A DNA stretch of 51,024 nucleotides from positions 1 to 51,024 of the forward strand of contig CAVTHS010000001.1 of assembly GCA_963734535.1 (NCBI GenBank). Reading direction: 5' to 3'. Each line of letters starts with the position of its first letter. Position 1 is the stretch's first letter. Origin of the DNA: an uncultured Chloroflexia bacterium. Lineage in GTDB: Bacteria > Chloroflexota > Limnocylindria > Limnocylindrales > CSP1-4. Below are positions 20,726 to 32,082 of this stretch, piece after piece. The notes below the pieces were generated by a model. It searched no databases, had not been told where the DNA came from, and saw nothing but the letters and a program-made list of their open reading frames with translations. Made by a program: the position numbers and the translations under genes.

Positions 20726-21688
20726 TCAGATGGCTCCGGCGAGCAGGCCGGCAACCCTCGCGTCGTTGATGATGAGGGCCGTGTTGGCGCGAATGGACCT
20801 GCCGTCGGTCAGCTCCGCGACCCGCTGAAGGACCCAGGGCGTGAGGGCCGGTCCGTGGATACAGGCGGCCTCCGCGTCCGCGGTCGCCCGGGCAATCGCT
20901 GCCACGGCCTCCGCGCGGGGCAGCTCGTCCGCAACCGGAACCGGCACGCAGAGGAGCACGCCCGACCCCAGCCCGAGCGCGAGATGAATCCGCACGAGGT
21001 CGGCGGCAGCGGCCAGGTCGGGGACGTGCTGCGGCGCAGGGATCCCCGATGTGCGCGAGAAGAAGCCCGGCAGCTCGTCCGTCCCGAGCGCGACGACCGG
21101 CACACCACGCGACTCCAGCACCTCGAGCGTGCCGCGCACATCGAGGATCGCCTTGGGGCCGGCACACACGACGACGACCGGCGTCCGGGCCAGCTCCTCG
21201 AGGTCGACCGAGACATCGAGGCTCGGCGGTCGCCGGACCCCGTCGGGCGCCGTCGCCGGTTCGAAGGCCCCCGGGTGCACGCCGCCGATCCCGCCGGTCG
21301 CGAAGACCCGGATGCCGGCCGCGGCGCACGCCAGCATGGTTGCCGAGACCGTCGTCGCACCGAGCACGCCGGCTGCGAGTGCACCCGCCAGCGTCGGGCG
21401 GGCGACCTTCCGGACGCCGTCGGCCGTCGCGAGCTCGACGAGAGCCGCCGAGTCGAGCCCGACCACGAGTCGGCCGTCCCGGATCCCGACCGTCGCGGGC
21501 ACGCCACCCGATTCGCGCACGGCGGCCTCCGCGGCGCCGGCAACCTCCAGGTTGCGCGGAAACGGGAGCCCGTGGCTGATGAGCGTCAATTCGAGGGCAA
21601 CCACGGGGCGCCCGTTCCGCAGCGCGTCGGCAACCTCGGGGGCAATGGCAAGTCGTTCGCGGAGACCTGCGACGAGCGGATCCTGCAT
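20726..21688 (-). CDS. psuG: Pseudouridine-5'-phosphate glycosidase
   Basis: PVVALE.TLISHGLPFP.N, ATTVSATM, FATGGIGGVH, DVS.DL.EL, AG.KAILD, TP..L. Confidence 0.93.
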   Translation of the reverse strand: MQDPLVAGLRERLAIAPEVADALRNGRPVVALELTLISHGLPFPRNLEVAGAAEAAVRESGGVPATVGIRDGRLVVGLDSAALVELATADGVRKVARPTLAGALAAGVLGATTVSATMLACAAAGIRVFATGGIGGVHPGAFEPATAPDGVRRPPSLDVSVDLEELARTPVVVVCAGPKAILDVRGTLEVLESRGVPVVALGTDELPGFFSRTSGIPAPQHVPDLAAAADLVRIHLALGLGSGVLLCVPVPVADELPRAEAVAAIARATADAEAACIHGPALTPWVLQRVAELTDGRSIRANTALIINDARVAGLLAGAI

Positions 21689-21754
21689 CCGATGAGGGTA
21701 CCGTCGGCCGACACGACCGTCGCGGCACGTCCGCGACGACGTACGCTTCGCCAC

Positions 21755-23870
21755 GTGCCCGAGGCCCCGTCGTCGCTCTCCGCCGCGCGGCTCCTCCGCC
21801 GCCAGGTGGTGCTGGAGGAGCATGACCCGCTGCCCGGAGGCGACGGCGCCGTGATCGTCCGGCGGTTCGTCCGGGGCGAGACGTACCGCTCGCATCTGCA
21901 CCGCGTCGACTTCGGCAGCACCGGGGTCGCCGAACTCCAGGGAGCGATGGCCGCCCGCGCGACGGCCGGGGCAGTCCGCCTGACGTCCGGGGCGGTTCGC
22001 GACACGTCGCCCCGCGTCAGCCCCGATGGGCGGCTCGTCGCGTTCCTGCGCTCCTTCCCCGATGAGCCGGATCGGTCGACGGCCGTCATGGTGGCGGCGC
22101 TCGACGGCGGCACCGCGCGCGTCATCGTGGTGCCCGGGCACGGCGTCTCGGAGATGGCCTGGTCGCCGGATGGGTCGCGCCTCGCGCTGGTGGCGGCGGG
22201 CGCGGCGTCCCACTCGATCGTCGGGCCCGAGTCGAAGGGGCGCGTGGTGACGGCGCGACGCATCCGGCGGGCCGACTGGCGCGGGGACGGCGTCGGCCAC
22301 CGTGACCGGTGGGACCAGGTGTGGGTGGTCGAGGCGCGCGGACGCGCGCGGGCTCGCCAGCTGACCGACCACGAGGGGGATGCGCGGGGCATCGCCTGGT
22401 CCCCTGACGGCGGCACGATCGCCTATGCCGCCGACCCGCGCCCGGACGCCGATCTCCGGCCGTGCCCGTCGATCTGGGCCGTCCCGGCCGCCGGCGGCGT
22501 GCCGCGCGAGGTGATCCGGCTGGCCGGCTGTGCGGGCTCGCCGGCGTTCTCGCCGGACGGGCGCTGGCTGGCCTGCATCGGCGTTGACGTCCCCGACCCG
22601 CTCGACGACGAGCAGCCCGGGATCTTCGTGGCGTCCGCAGCGCCCGGCGGCGCGGTCGCCGAGGGTGCCATCGGCGGCGGCGGCAACCCGCCGCCCCCGG
22701 CCACGGCCCTGGCGCCCGACCTGGACATGCCGGTCGGGGCGTTGAACGACACCGACCTCAACGGCTGGATGGCAGCGTCCCGGCCCGGTCCATGCTGGGA
22801 CGGGCCGGCCTCGATCGTGGCACTCGTGAGCGAGGCGGGGCGCGTGCGGCCGTGGCGCTTCCCGGTCGATCCGGCAACCGGCCGGCCGGCCGGCCGCCCC
22901 CGGCAGCTCGTCGACGGCGACGTCGCGGCCTGGACGCTCGGCGTGGCTGGCGGCGTCGTCACGATCGTGGCGACACGGGACGATCGCCCGATGGAGCTGC
23001 TCACCATCGCCGGATCGAGGCGGGGGCACGGCGGCCCGTGCCAGGACGACCCTCGGCGGGAGGTGGCGCCGGGGGCTGCCCTGGCCGGAGATGCGGCGCC
23101 TGTTCGCGCCGGGCACGGGTGGCCCCATCGAGACGTGGATCGTCTCGCCTGCCGGCGCCGGCGACGCCCCACTCCCCGCGATCGTGAACGTCCACGGCGG
23201 GCCGCTGGGCGCGTGGTCGCCCGCACCGTCGACCGAGAACGTGCTCCTCGCTGCACACGGCTACCGCGTCATCCTCCCCAACATCCGCGGCTCGGCGGGC
23301 TACGGGCGGGCCTGGATTCGACCCCAGCTCGGCGATTGGGGCGGCGTCGATGCCGCCGACGTGCTCGCCGCGGTCGACCACGCCGTGAGCCTGGGGCTTG
23401 CCGATCCCGCCCGGCTCGGGATCCTCGGGCTCTCGTACGGCGGCTTCATGGTCAACTGGCTGGTGGGTGCCGAGCCAGGCCGCTTCCGCGCCGCGGTGAG
23501 CGAGAACGGCGTGACGAACCAGCTCAACGACTGGGCGAACTCCGACAGCGGCCCCGAGTACGACCGAATGGCGCTCCTCGGCGATCCGCTGAGCGAGGAG
23601 GGTGTCCGCCGGCTCTGGCGCCAGTCGCCGCTTCGCCAGGTGACCCGGATCCGGACGCCGCTCCTCATGCTGCAGGGCGAGTCGGACCTGCGCTGCCCCG
23701 CAGCGGACAACGAGCAGCTCTTCGTCGCGCTTCGCCACCTGGGCCGCGAGGTCGAGTACGTCCTCTACCCGGAGAGCTGGCACACGTACGCGATCACCGG
23801 CCGCATCGACCGCCGGATCGACCGGAACGAACGGGTCCTGGCCTGGTTCGACCGGTTCCTGCGGGGCTGA
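21755..23870 (+). CDS. S9 family serine peptidase (propeller + alpha/beta hydrolase); frameshift near 23030
   Basis: WSPDG repeats; VHGGP, NIRGS.GYG, GLSYGG, D.RCP, YP.SWH. Confidence 0.92.
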
Positions 23871-23883
23871 GGCCGGTCCGGCC

Positions 23884-24857
23884 CTACCCGAGCGTGAGCT
23901 CGGGCCGGGGCGTGCCCAGCTGGCGCGCCGCGGCCCGGTGGCCGGCCACGACGGCCCGACGCAGGACCGCCGGTGTCGCGGCGGCGTCGGCCACGAGCCA
24001 TGCCACCAGGAATCCCGGCGTCGAACGCGTCGCCGGCGCCGGTCGTGTCCCCGGTCGGGAACGGGCGCGTGGCGACGTCGAGCCGGACACCTGGCGATGC
24101 GGCACCGCCCCGGCCGCGGATCAGCAGGGTCGCCCCAGCCCGACCGCGCTTGACGACCGCGATCGGCGCGAAGCGGAGGAGGTGCGCCGGATCGGGCTCG
24201 CCGAGGAAGGCGATCGCTTCGTGCTGGTTCGTGAAGAGCACGTCGGGCGCGACCTCGCCGGACCAGGTCGTGGGCGGCGAACCGGCCGCCTGCGAGCAGC
24301 GGCGCGGCCGAGGCCAGGTCGAGGCTGATGCGGGCACCGGCGGCCCGAGCGAGGACGATGGCAGCCCGGCCGGCCTCGCCGAGCGGGGCGCCGAGAAGCG
24401 AGTACGCGGGCAGGTGGAGCGCGCCGGCCCCGCGGAACCAGCGCTCGTCGAGGTCGTCGGGCCGCAGCAGGTCGGCCGCACCCCGCTCCGCCACGAACGA
24501 TCGCTCGCCGGTCGCGGGGTCCACCAGCATCCCGATCCGCGCCGTCCGCGATCCCACGGGTCGCGCCGCCCGGACCAGGACGCCGTCCGCCCGCAGCGCC
24601 GCCACGAGCGCACGCCCCGGGCCATCGCGCCCGATCGCGCAGACCAGCGTCGTCCGCGCGCCGAGCCGGGCCAGCCAGCGGGCCGCATTTGCCGCGGAGC
24701 CGCCCTGGAGCAGCCGGACCGCACCCGGGACGTCGGTCCCCCGCCGGAGCGGTCGAGACGGCGCCAGCGTCACGTCGAGCGCGAGGTCGCCCAGCACCAG
24801 CACCCGTACGGGGCCCGGGCGGGACGGGAGCGATGGGCGGGACGGGAGCGATGGCAC
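23884..24857 (-). CDS. PfkB-family carbohydrate kinase (possible pseudouridine kinase); 2 frameshifts
   Basis: [39 protein letters not shown]. Confidence 0.88.
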
Positions 24858-24950
24858 GCGCCCGAGGATACGCCGCGGCCCATCCCGGGTCCGCGCCTAC
24901 AATTGGGCCATCCATCCGCGCCCCGTCACTCCGCCCAGGAGCACGCCCGC

Positions 24951-27027
24951 ATGACCCTCAACGCTGAACAGCTCGACCGCCTGGCGGTCGACACCATCCG
25001 GACGCTCGCGATCGATGGCGTCCAGCAGGCGAACTCCGGCCATCCGGGCGCCCCGATGGGGATGGCCCCCATGGCGTACGCCCTCTGGACGCGCTTCCTC
25101 CACCACGCGCCGACGCATCCCGACTGGCCCAATCGCGACCGGTTCGTCCTCTCCGCGGGGCATGCCTCGATGCTCCTGTACGCGCTCCTCCACCTGACCG
25201 GCTACGACGTCACGCTCGACGACCTCGAGCATTTCCGCCAGTGGGGCTCGCGGACGCCGGGCCACCCCGAGCACGGCATGACAGCAGGCGTGGAAGCCAC
25301 GACGGGACCGCTTGGCCAGGGCCTCGCGAACGCCGTCGGGATGGCCATCGCGGAGCGACGCCTCGCCGCGGAGTTCAATCGCCCGGGCCATTCGCTCGTC
25401 GACCACTGGACGTATGCCATCTGCTCCGACGGCGACCTCCAGGAGGGGATCGCCTCCGAGGCGGCCTCGCTCGCGGGTCATCTGCGCCTCGGCAAGCTGG
25501 TCCTCCTCTACGACGACAACCGCATCCAGCTCGACGGGCCCACGTCGATGGCCTTCTCGGAGGACGTCCTCGAGCGGTTCGACGCCTACCAGTGGCACAC
25601 CCAGCAGGTGGAGGACGGCAACGACCTGTCGGCCATCGACGCGGCGATCCGCGCCGCGCGCGCCGACGGGCGCCCCTCGATCATCGCCGTCCGGACGCAC
25701 ATCGGATTCGGGTCGCCGCACAAGCAGGACACCCAGAAGGCCCACGGGGCCCCGCTCGGCGTCGAGGAGGTCCGCCTGACGAAGGAGGCCTACGGCTGGG
25801 ACCCCGACCGGACGTTCTACGTGCCGGACGACGCCGAGGGTCTCTTCAGCCGCGCGATCCCGTACGGCGAGCACCTGGTCAACGACTGGGAGGACCGATT
25901 CAGGCGGTATGCCGTGGCCTTCCCGGCCCAGGCGTCGGAGCTGCGCCGACGCCTGGCAGGCTGAGCTGCCGGAGGGCTGGGACGCGCACCTCCCCGTCTT
26001 CGGCGTCGGCGAGGACTTCGCCACCCGGCAGGTGAGCCAGGCCACGATCCAGGCCCTTGCGGCCGCCCTGCCGGAGCTGTTCGGCGGGTCGGCGGATCTC
26101 TCCGAATCGAACCTGACGGACGTCAAGGGCGGGATCGACTTCTCGACCGAGGAAGCCGGCCGGAACCTCCGCTTCGGCGTGCGGGAGCACGCGATGGGCG
26201 GGATCGTCAACGGGATCGCCTACCACGGCGGGTTCCTGCCATACGGCGCGACGTTCCTCACCTTCAGCGACTACATGCGCGGATCGGTCCGCCTCGCGGC
26301 GCTGGCCGGGCTGCACCTGGTCTATGTCTGGACGCACGACTCGGTCGGCCTGGGCGAGGACGGCCCGACGCACCAGCCGGTCGAGCACTACGCGGCCCTC
26401 CGGGCGATCCCGAACCTGTGGTTCGTCAGGCCCGGCGATGCGAACGAGGCGGCGGCCGCCTGGGCGCTGGCCGTCGAGCGCTCGGACGGCCCCACAGCCC
26501 TGGCCCTCACCCGGCAGAAGCTGCCCACGTTCGCCGCCACGGCCGCGAACGCCCGCGACGGAGTGCGGCGCGGGGGATACGTCCTGCGCGCCGCGTCCTC
26601 CGAGGCCGCCGGCGGGCTGCCGTCCCTCATCGTGATCGCGACGGGCTCCGAGCTCCAGCTCGCGATGGGCGCCGCGGACGCGCTCGAGGCGGACGGCATC
26701 CCGACGCGGGTCGTCTCGCTGCCCTGCTGGGAGGCGTTCGACGCCCAGGAAGCGGCGTACCGGGAGGCGGTCCTGCCCGCCGCGGTCCGAAAGCGCGTGA
26801 GCGTCGAGATCGGAGTCTCGCTCGGCTGGGAGCGCTGGACCGGCGACGAGGGCGCGATCGTCGCGCTCGACCACTTCGGTGCGTCGGCGCCCGCCGCCAC
26901 GATCTTCGAGCAGTTCGGCTTCACCGTCGAGCGGGTAACCGAGGTCGGCAGGGCCGTGGTCCGGGACGGGCTCCGCGGTCGCGTCCCGACCCTGGGTCCC
27001 TCGCCGCACGGGGAGGTGCACACCTGA
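24951..27027 (+). CDS. tkt: Transketolase; frameshift near 25960
   Basis: [55 protein letters not shown]. Confidence 0.97.
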
Positions 27028-27488
27028 TGCGGGTCGCATTCGCGGCGGACCACGGCGGCGTCGAGCTCCGCGACGAGCTGCTGCGCCGGCTGGCGGACAC
27101 CGGGCACGAGCTGATCGACCTCGGCGGCGACGGGGCCGACCCGGCCGACGACTACCCGGACTTCGCGCTGCGGCTCGCGCTCGCGATCCGCGACGGCCTG
27201 GCGGACCGCGGGATCCTCGTCTGCGGCTCGGGGATCGGCGCCTCCGTCGCGGCGAACAAGGTTCGGGGCATCCGTGCGGCGATCGCCCACGACACGTACT
27301 CGGCCCACCAGGGCGTTGAGCACGACGACCTCAACGTGCTCTGCCTCGGCGGCCGGGTGATCGGCGTGGAGCCAGCGGTCGAATGCGCCCGCGCGTTCCT
27401 CGGTGCGTCATTCTCCGGCGCGGAACGCCATGCACGGCGGGTCGCCAAGGTGCTCGCGATCGAGGCCGAGGAGTCACGCGCGGGCTGA
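27027..27488 (+). CDS. rpiB: Ribose-5-phosphate isomerase B
   Basis: ADHGG, DYPD, CGSGIG..VAANKV.GIRAA, HDD.NVLCLG, RH.RRV.K. Confidence 0.95.
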   Translation: MRVAFAADHGGVELRDELLRRLADTGHELIDLGGDGADPADDYPDFALRLALAIRDGLADRGILVCGSGIGASVAANKVRGIRAAIAHDTYSAHQGVEHDDLNVLCLGGRVIGVEPAVECARAFLGASFSGAERHARRVAKVLAIEAEESRAG

Positions 27489-27608
27489 TCCGGCCGGACG
27501 GGGCGGTGACGACATGGCCGGGAGCCGGTCCGACCCGTGGCAGGGGCGGCCCGCCTCACCTGCCGCCGAGCGCGCCGCGACTACACTGCACCCATCAGGA
27601 GGCAGCCG

Positions 27609-29393
27609 ATGGCAGAGACGCTCAACACGTTCGCCCCGGACGCGCTCGACGCGCGGATCCACGACCCGGCGCTCGCCCAGGCGGTCGAGGCAGCACTGCG
27701 ACGTGCCGGCGACGAGCGGTGGGTCGAGCGCCTGCACGACCGCGACGGCAGCCTCTGGTCGTCGGACCCGGCGGTGCTCGAGAAGATCGCCAGCCGCCTC
27801 GGCTGGCTCGACGCCCCGCGCGACTTCGGGGAGCAGGTCCCGGCCCTCGAGGCCTTCGGCGAGAGCATCCGCGGGGCGGGCTTCACGGCTGCGCTCGTGG
27901 CCGGGATGGGCGGGAGCAGCCTGGCCCCGGACGTGCTCGCCGATGCCTTCCGCGACATCGCCGACTGGCTCGCCGTCCGCGTCCTCGACTCGACTGATCC
28001 GGCCGCCGTGGCTGCCGCCTGGGACGGTCTCGACCCGCTGTCGACGCTGGTGATCGTGGCCACCAAGTCCGGCACGACCACGGAGAGCCTGGCCTTCCAG
28101 GCGGATGCCTGGGCAAGGGTTCACGCCGCGCTGCGCGGCGCCGGCGAGCGCCGCGAGTCCCCCGCCGACCTGATGATCGCCATCACCGATCCGGGACGGA
28201 GCCTGGAGGCGATCCCCCACCATGACAGCCTCCGCGAGGTGTTCCTGAACCCGGAGGACGTCGGCGGACGCTATTCCGCGCTCACGTACGTCGGCCTGGT
28301 GCCGGCATCCCTGCTGGGAATCGACCTCGACGCGTTCCTCGCGTCTGCGCTCGCGATGCTTGCCCGGACCCACGTGACGGACGTGGCGGCGAACCCGGGC
28401 GCGGCCCTCGGGATCCTGCTCGGCGTGCTCGGGCGTGCCGGCCGCGACAAGCTGACGCTCGTGGCGGACCCGGCCGTGGCTCGCTTCGGCGCATGGCTGG
28501 AGCAGCTGATCGCGGAGAGCACCGGAAAGCACGGCGTCGGGATCGTCCCGATCGCCGGGGAGCCGCTGGGGAACGCCGGCGCGTATGGGCCGGATCGGGT
28601 CTTCGTCCGGCTGACGCTCGACGGCGCGCCGGCCCCGGCCCCGGCCCCGGACGGCACGTCGGCCGATGACCTCCTCGACGCGCTGGCAGCGGCCGGCCAC
28701 CCAGTCGTGCACATCGGCCTCGCGGACCCCATCGATCTCGCCGCGGAGTTCGTGCGCTGGGAGGTCGCCACCGCGATCGCGGGCGTCATCCTCGAGATCA
28801 ACCCGTTCGACGAGCCGAACGTCACCGAGTCGAAGGAGAACACGAAGCGCGTCCTCGCGGAGCTCGAGCGGACCGGCTCGTTCCCGGCCCCCGTGGTCCT
28901 CGCCCAGGGCGCCGGCCTCATCCTCGTCGGCGACTCGACGCTCCGAACGACTGACGGCGACGGCACCCTCGCCGGCGAGCTTCGGCGCCACGTTGCCCGG
29001 GCGGACCCGAGGGCTTACCTCGCGCTGCAGGCGTTCATCGCGCCGACTCCTGCCCGGGCCGAGACGATGGACCGGATGCGCGGCCTCCTCCGCGACGCGA
29101 CCGGCCGCCCGACGACGAGCGGGTTCGGCCCGCGCTTCCTGCACTCCACGGGCCAGCTTCACAAGGGCGGCGCGCCGATCGGCTGGTTCCTCCAGCTCAC
29201 GGCCGACCACCCGGTCGATGTCGAGATCCCGGGGCGACCGTTCAGCTTCGGGCAGCTGGTGGATGCCCAGGCCCTGGGTGACTTCGAGGCGCTCGATTCG
29301 CACCACCTGCCGGTGCTTCGCGTCCACCTCGGCGCCGACGCAGACGCCGGTCTTGCGGCCCTCGAAGGGGCGCTTCGTGAGGCCCTCGCGTAA
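27609..29393 (+). CDS. pgi: Glucose-6-phosphate isomerase (type resembling the PGI part of Tal-Pgi fusions)
   Basis: GMGGSSL, KSGTT.E, ITDPG, VGGRYSAL, EQLIAESTGK, NPFDEPNV..SK, GPRFLHSTGQLHKGG. Confidence 0.88.
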   Translation: MAETLNTFAPDALDARIHDPALAQAVEAALRRAGDERWVERLHDRDGSLWSSDPAVLEKIASRLGWLDAPRDFGEQVPALEAFGESIRGAGFTAALVAGMGGSSLAPDVLADAFRDIADWLAVRVLDSTDPAAVAAAWDGLDPLSTLVIVATKSGTTTESLAFQADAWARVHAALRGAGERRESPADLMIAITDPGRSLEAIPHHDSLREVFLNPEDVGGRYSALTYVGLVPASLLGIDLDAFLASALAMLARTHVTDVAANPGAALGILLGVLGRAGRDKLTLVADPAVARFGAWLEQLIAESTGKHGVGIVPIAGEPLGNAGAYGPDRVFVRLTLDGAPAPAPAPDGTSADDLLDALAAAGHPVVHIGLADPIDLAAEFVRWEVATAIAGVILEINPFDEPNVTESKENTKRVLAELERTGSFPAPVVLAQGAGLILVGDSTLRTTDGDGTLAGELRRHVARADPRAYLALQAFIAPTPARAETMDRMRGLLRDATGRPTTSGFGPRFLHSTGQLHKGGAPIGWFLQLTADHPVDVEIPGRPFSFGQLVDAQALGDFEALDSHHLPVLRVHLGADADAGLAALEGALREALA

Positions 29394-29458
29394 CCAACGA
29401 CCGACCGTCAGCCGTCACGCACGGTCATTCCGGGCATACCAGACCAAGGAGACTCCCG

Positions 29459-30355
29459 ATGCGCATCGGCTTCATCGGCCTCGGCCGGATGGGCGCGAAC
29501 ATGGTCCGGAGGCTGGTCCGTGACGGCCACGAGGTGGTGGCCTTCAACCGGACCCCGGAGAAGACGCGCGAGATCATGACCGAGGGCGCCGAGGGCGCCT
29601 TCAGCGTCGGCGAGCTGGTCGCCGGGTTGCCGGCTCCGCGCGCCGTCTGGATCATGGTCCCCGCGGGCGACGCCACCGAGGCCATGATCGACGAGCTGAT
29701 GGAGGTCCTCGAGCCGGGGGACACGATCGTCGACGGCGGCAACACGAACTTCCACGACGACGTCCGACGCCACGAGAAGGTCGGGGCGAAGGGCCTCAGG
29801 TACGTCGACGCGGGCACATCCGGCGGCGTCTGGGGGCTCCAGAACGGCTACTGCCTCATGGTCGGCGGCGACAAGGACGCGGTCGAGCCGCTCGAGCCGG
29901 TCTTCCACACGCTCGCGCCGGCCGACGGTTACGCCCACGTGGGCGGGCCCGGCGCCGGGCACTACGTGAAGATGGTCCACAACGGCATCGAGTACGGCCT
30001 CATGCAGGCATACGCGGAGGGGTTCGAGATCCTCCACGCCAGCGACTACAAGCTCGACCTGGCGCAGATCGCGGGGATCTGGCGGTATGGCTCGGTCGTC
30101 CGGTCGTGGCTCCTCGAGCTCCTCGTCGATGCACTCGCGAAGGGCCAGGACTTCCCCGGCGTGAAGGGCTGGGTTGCCGATTTGGGCGAGGGTCGCTGGA
30201 CGGTCCTCGAGGCGATGGAGCACGACGTCCCGGCACCCATCATCACGCTCAGCCTCCAGGCGCGCCTCCGGTCGCGCCAGGACGAGAGCTATGGGGCGAA
30301 GGTGCTCGCCGCGCTGCGCAACGAGTTCGGCGGCCACGCCATCAGGACCGAGTAG
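29459..30355 (+). CDS. gnd: 6-phosphogluconate dehydrogenase (short, NAD-type)
   Basis: GLGRMG.NM, DGGN, DAGTSGG, GAGHYVKMVHNGIEYG, LRNEFGGH. Confidence 0.96.
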   Translation: MRIGFIGLGRMGANMVRRLVRDGHEVVAFNRTPEKTREIMTEGAEGAFSVGELVAGLPAPRAVWIMVPAGDATEAMIDELMEVLEPGDTIVDGGNTNFHDDVRRHEKVGAKGLRYVDAGTSGGVWGLQNGYCLMVGGDKDAVEPLEPVFHTLAPADGYAHVGGPGAGHYVKMVHNGIEYGLMQAYAEGFEILHASDYKLDLAQIAGIWRYGSVVRSWLLELLVDALAKGQDFPGVKGWVADLGEGRWTVLEAMEHDVPAPIITLSLQARLRSRQDESYGAKVLAALRNEFGGHAIRTE

Positions 30356-30363
30356 GTGCGCCG

Positions 30364-32082
30364 ATGACGGACGACGCGCCGGGCGTTGCGGCGGACGAGC
30401 CAGCCCTGCCGACGGCGGATCGCGCCGCGGTCTCCGAGGTCCCGGGCGCCGCCAAGGCACCGCCGCGGCCCGGACGGGCCGGCGACGAGAGCCCGCGGAC
30501 CGCGCGCGACCTCCGGCTGGCAAGGCTGGGGAAGCGGCGCGCGAGCGGCAAGGCGCTCGACAACCCCCTGCGCGAAGGACTCCGACTCGAGCGCGTACCG
30601 GACCCGGCGACCTTCGTCCTGTTCGGTTCCACCGGCGATCTTGCCCACCGGAAGGTGGTCCCGGCGCTCTTCCAGCTGTGGCGAACGAACCTGCTCCCGC
30701 ACGAGTTCGCGATCGTCGGGATCGGGCGGCGGCCCTACACGGACGACGCCTTCCGCGCGGAGCTTCGGGCCTCGCTCGGCGAGTTCAGCCGCGTGCTGCC
30801 GATCGAGACGGCCGTGTGGGAGGAGTTCGCCGGGCGGATCCGCTACCAGCTCGGCAGCTTCGACGATCCCGCCCTCTACGATCAGCTGGCCGTGCGCCTC
30901 GACGACCTGGACCGCGAGCGCGGCACGTCGGGCAACCGCCTCTACTACCTCGCCACCCAGCCGTCGGCATTCGCCGAGATCATCGCCGGGCTGGGCCGCG
31001 TCGGGCTCGACCACGAGCAGCACGCCGGGGGCTGGCGACGCATCGTCATCGAGAAGCCGTTCGGGCGCGACCTGACGTCGGCGATTCGGCTCAACCGGGA
31101 GGTCGGCAAGGTCTTCCGCGAGTCGCAGGTCTACCGGATCGACCATTACCTCGGCAAGGAGACGGTCCGCAACATCCTGGTCTTCCGCTTCGGGAACGGC
31201 ATCTTCGAGCCCATCTGGCACCGTCGCTACGTCGACCACGTCCAGATCACCGTGGCGGAGTCGATCGGGGTCGAGAAGCGGGGCTCGTTCTACGAGGAGG
31301 CGGGCGCCTCCCGCGACTTCCTCCAGAACCACCTCATGCAGCTGCTCTCGCTCGTCGCGATGGAGCCGCCGGCGACCTTCGACGCCGAGGCGCTCCGCGA
31401 CGAGAAGGTCAAGGTCCTCCGCGCGATCGAGCCCATGGACCCCGACACGGTGGCGGCCAACGTCGTCCGCGGCCAGTACGGGCCGGGCTGGGTGACCGCG
31501 GGCCAGGTGGGCGGCTACCGCGGCGAGCCGGAGGTCGACCCGGAATCCGAGACCGAGACCTACGTGGCGGCACGCCTCTTCGTCGACGACTGGCGGTGGG
31601 CGGGGGTCCCGTTCTACCTGCGCGCCGGGAAGCGCCTGCCGAAGCGCGCCACGGAGATCGCGATCCAGTTCAAGCAGGTGCCGCACGCCCTGTTCAAGGA
31701 ATCGAGCGTCGATCCCGAGGCGAACCTGCTTGCCCTGCGGATCCAGCCCGACGAGGGGATCCTGCTCCGGTTCGCCGCGAAAGTGCCCGGCCTCGGCGTC
31801 GACGTCCGGGCAGTGAACATGGACTTCACCTACGGCTCGGCGTTCAGCGTGGACAGCCCCGACGCATACGAGACCCTGATCCTCGATGCGCTCCTGGGCG
31901 ATGCGTCCCTGTTCACCCGTGCCGACGAAGTCGAGAAGGCGTGGGCCATCGTCAACCCGATCATCGACGCCTGGGCGGACGGCCCGGCACCGGACTTCCC
32001 GAACTACGCCGCGGGAAGCTGGGGGCCTCTCGATTCCGATTCGCTGCTGGCGCGGGACGGGCGACGGTGGCGGCGGATCTGA
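30364..32082 (+). CDS. zwf: Glucose-6-phosphate 1-dehydrogenase
   Basis: FGSTGDLA.RK, EKPFG, RIDHYLGKE, QNHL.Q, RWAGVPFYLR.GK. Confidence 0.97.
   Translation: MTDDAPGVAADEPALPTADRAAVSEVPGAAKAPPRPGRAGDESPRTARDLRLARLGKRRASGKALDNPLREGLRLERVPDPATFVLFGSTGDLAHRKVVPALFQLWRTNLLPHEFAIVGIGRRPYTDDAFRAELRASLGEFSRVLPIETAVWEEFAGRIRYQLGSFDDPALYDQLAVRLDDLDRERGTSGNRLYYLATQPSAFAEIIAGLGRVGLDHEQHAGGWRRIVIEKPFGRDLTSAIRLNREVGKVFRESQVYRIDHYLGKETVRNILVFRFGNGIFEPIWHRRYVDHVQITVAESIGVEKRGSFYEEAGASRDFLQNHLMQLLSLVAMEPPATFDAEALRDEKVKVLRAIEPMDPDTVAANVVRGQYGPGWVTAGQVGGYRGEPEVDPESETETYVAARLFVDDWRWAGVPFYLRAGKRLPKRATEIAIQFKQVPHALFKESSVDPEANLLALRIQPDEGILLRFAAKVPGLGVDVRAVNMDFTYGSAFSVDSPDAYETLILDALLGDASLFTRADEVEKAWAIVNPIIDAWADGPAPDFPNYAAGSWGPLDSDSLLARDGRRWRRI

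Noticed and set aside
20855-24328. Apparent giant proteins (1157 aa here; also 30174-33362 and 34135-37419)
   Set aside because: Chimeras of real gene segments and off-frame sequence caused by scarce stops and frameshifts
24817-24853. 18-bp direct repeat at the PfkB N-terminus (PSLPSR x2)
   Set aside because: Simple slippage duplication in a low-complexity N-terminus
25940-25970. Programmed frameshift or true split of tkt
   Set aside because: No slippery heptamer; same extra-base pattern as the other errors
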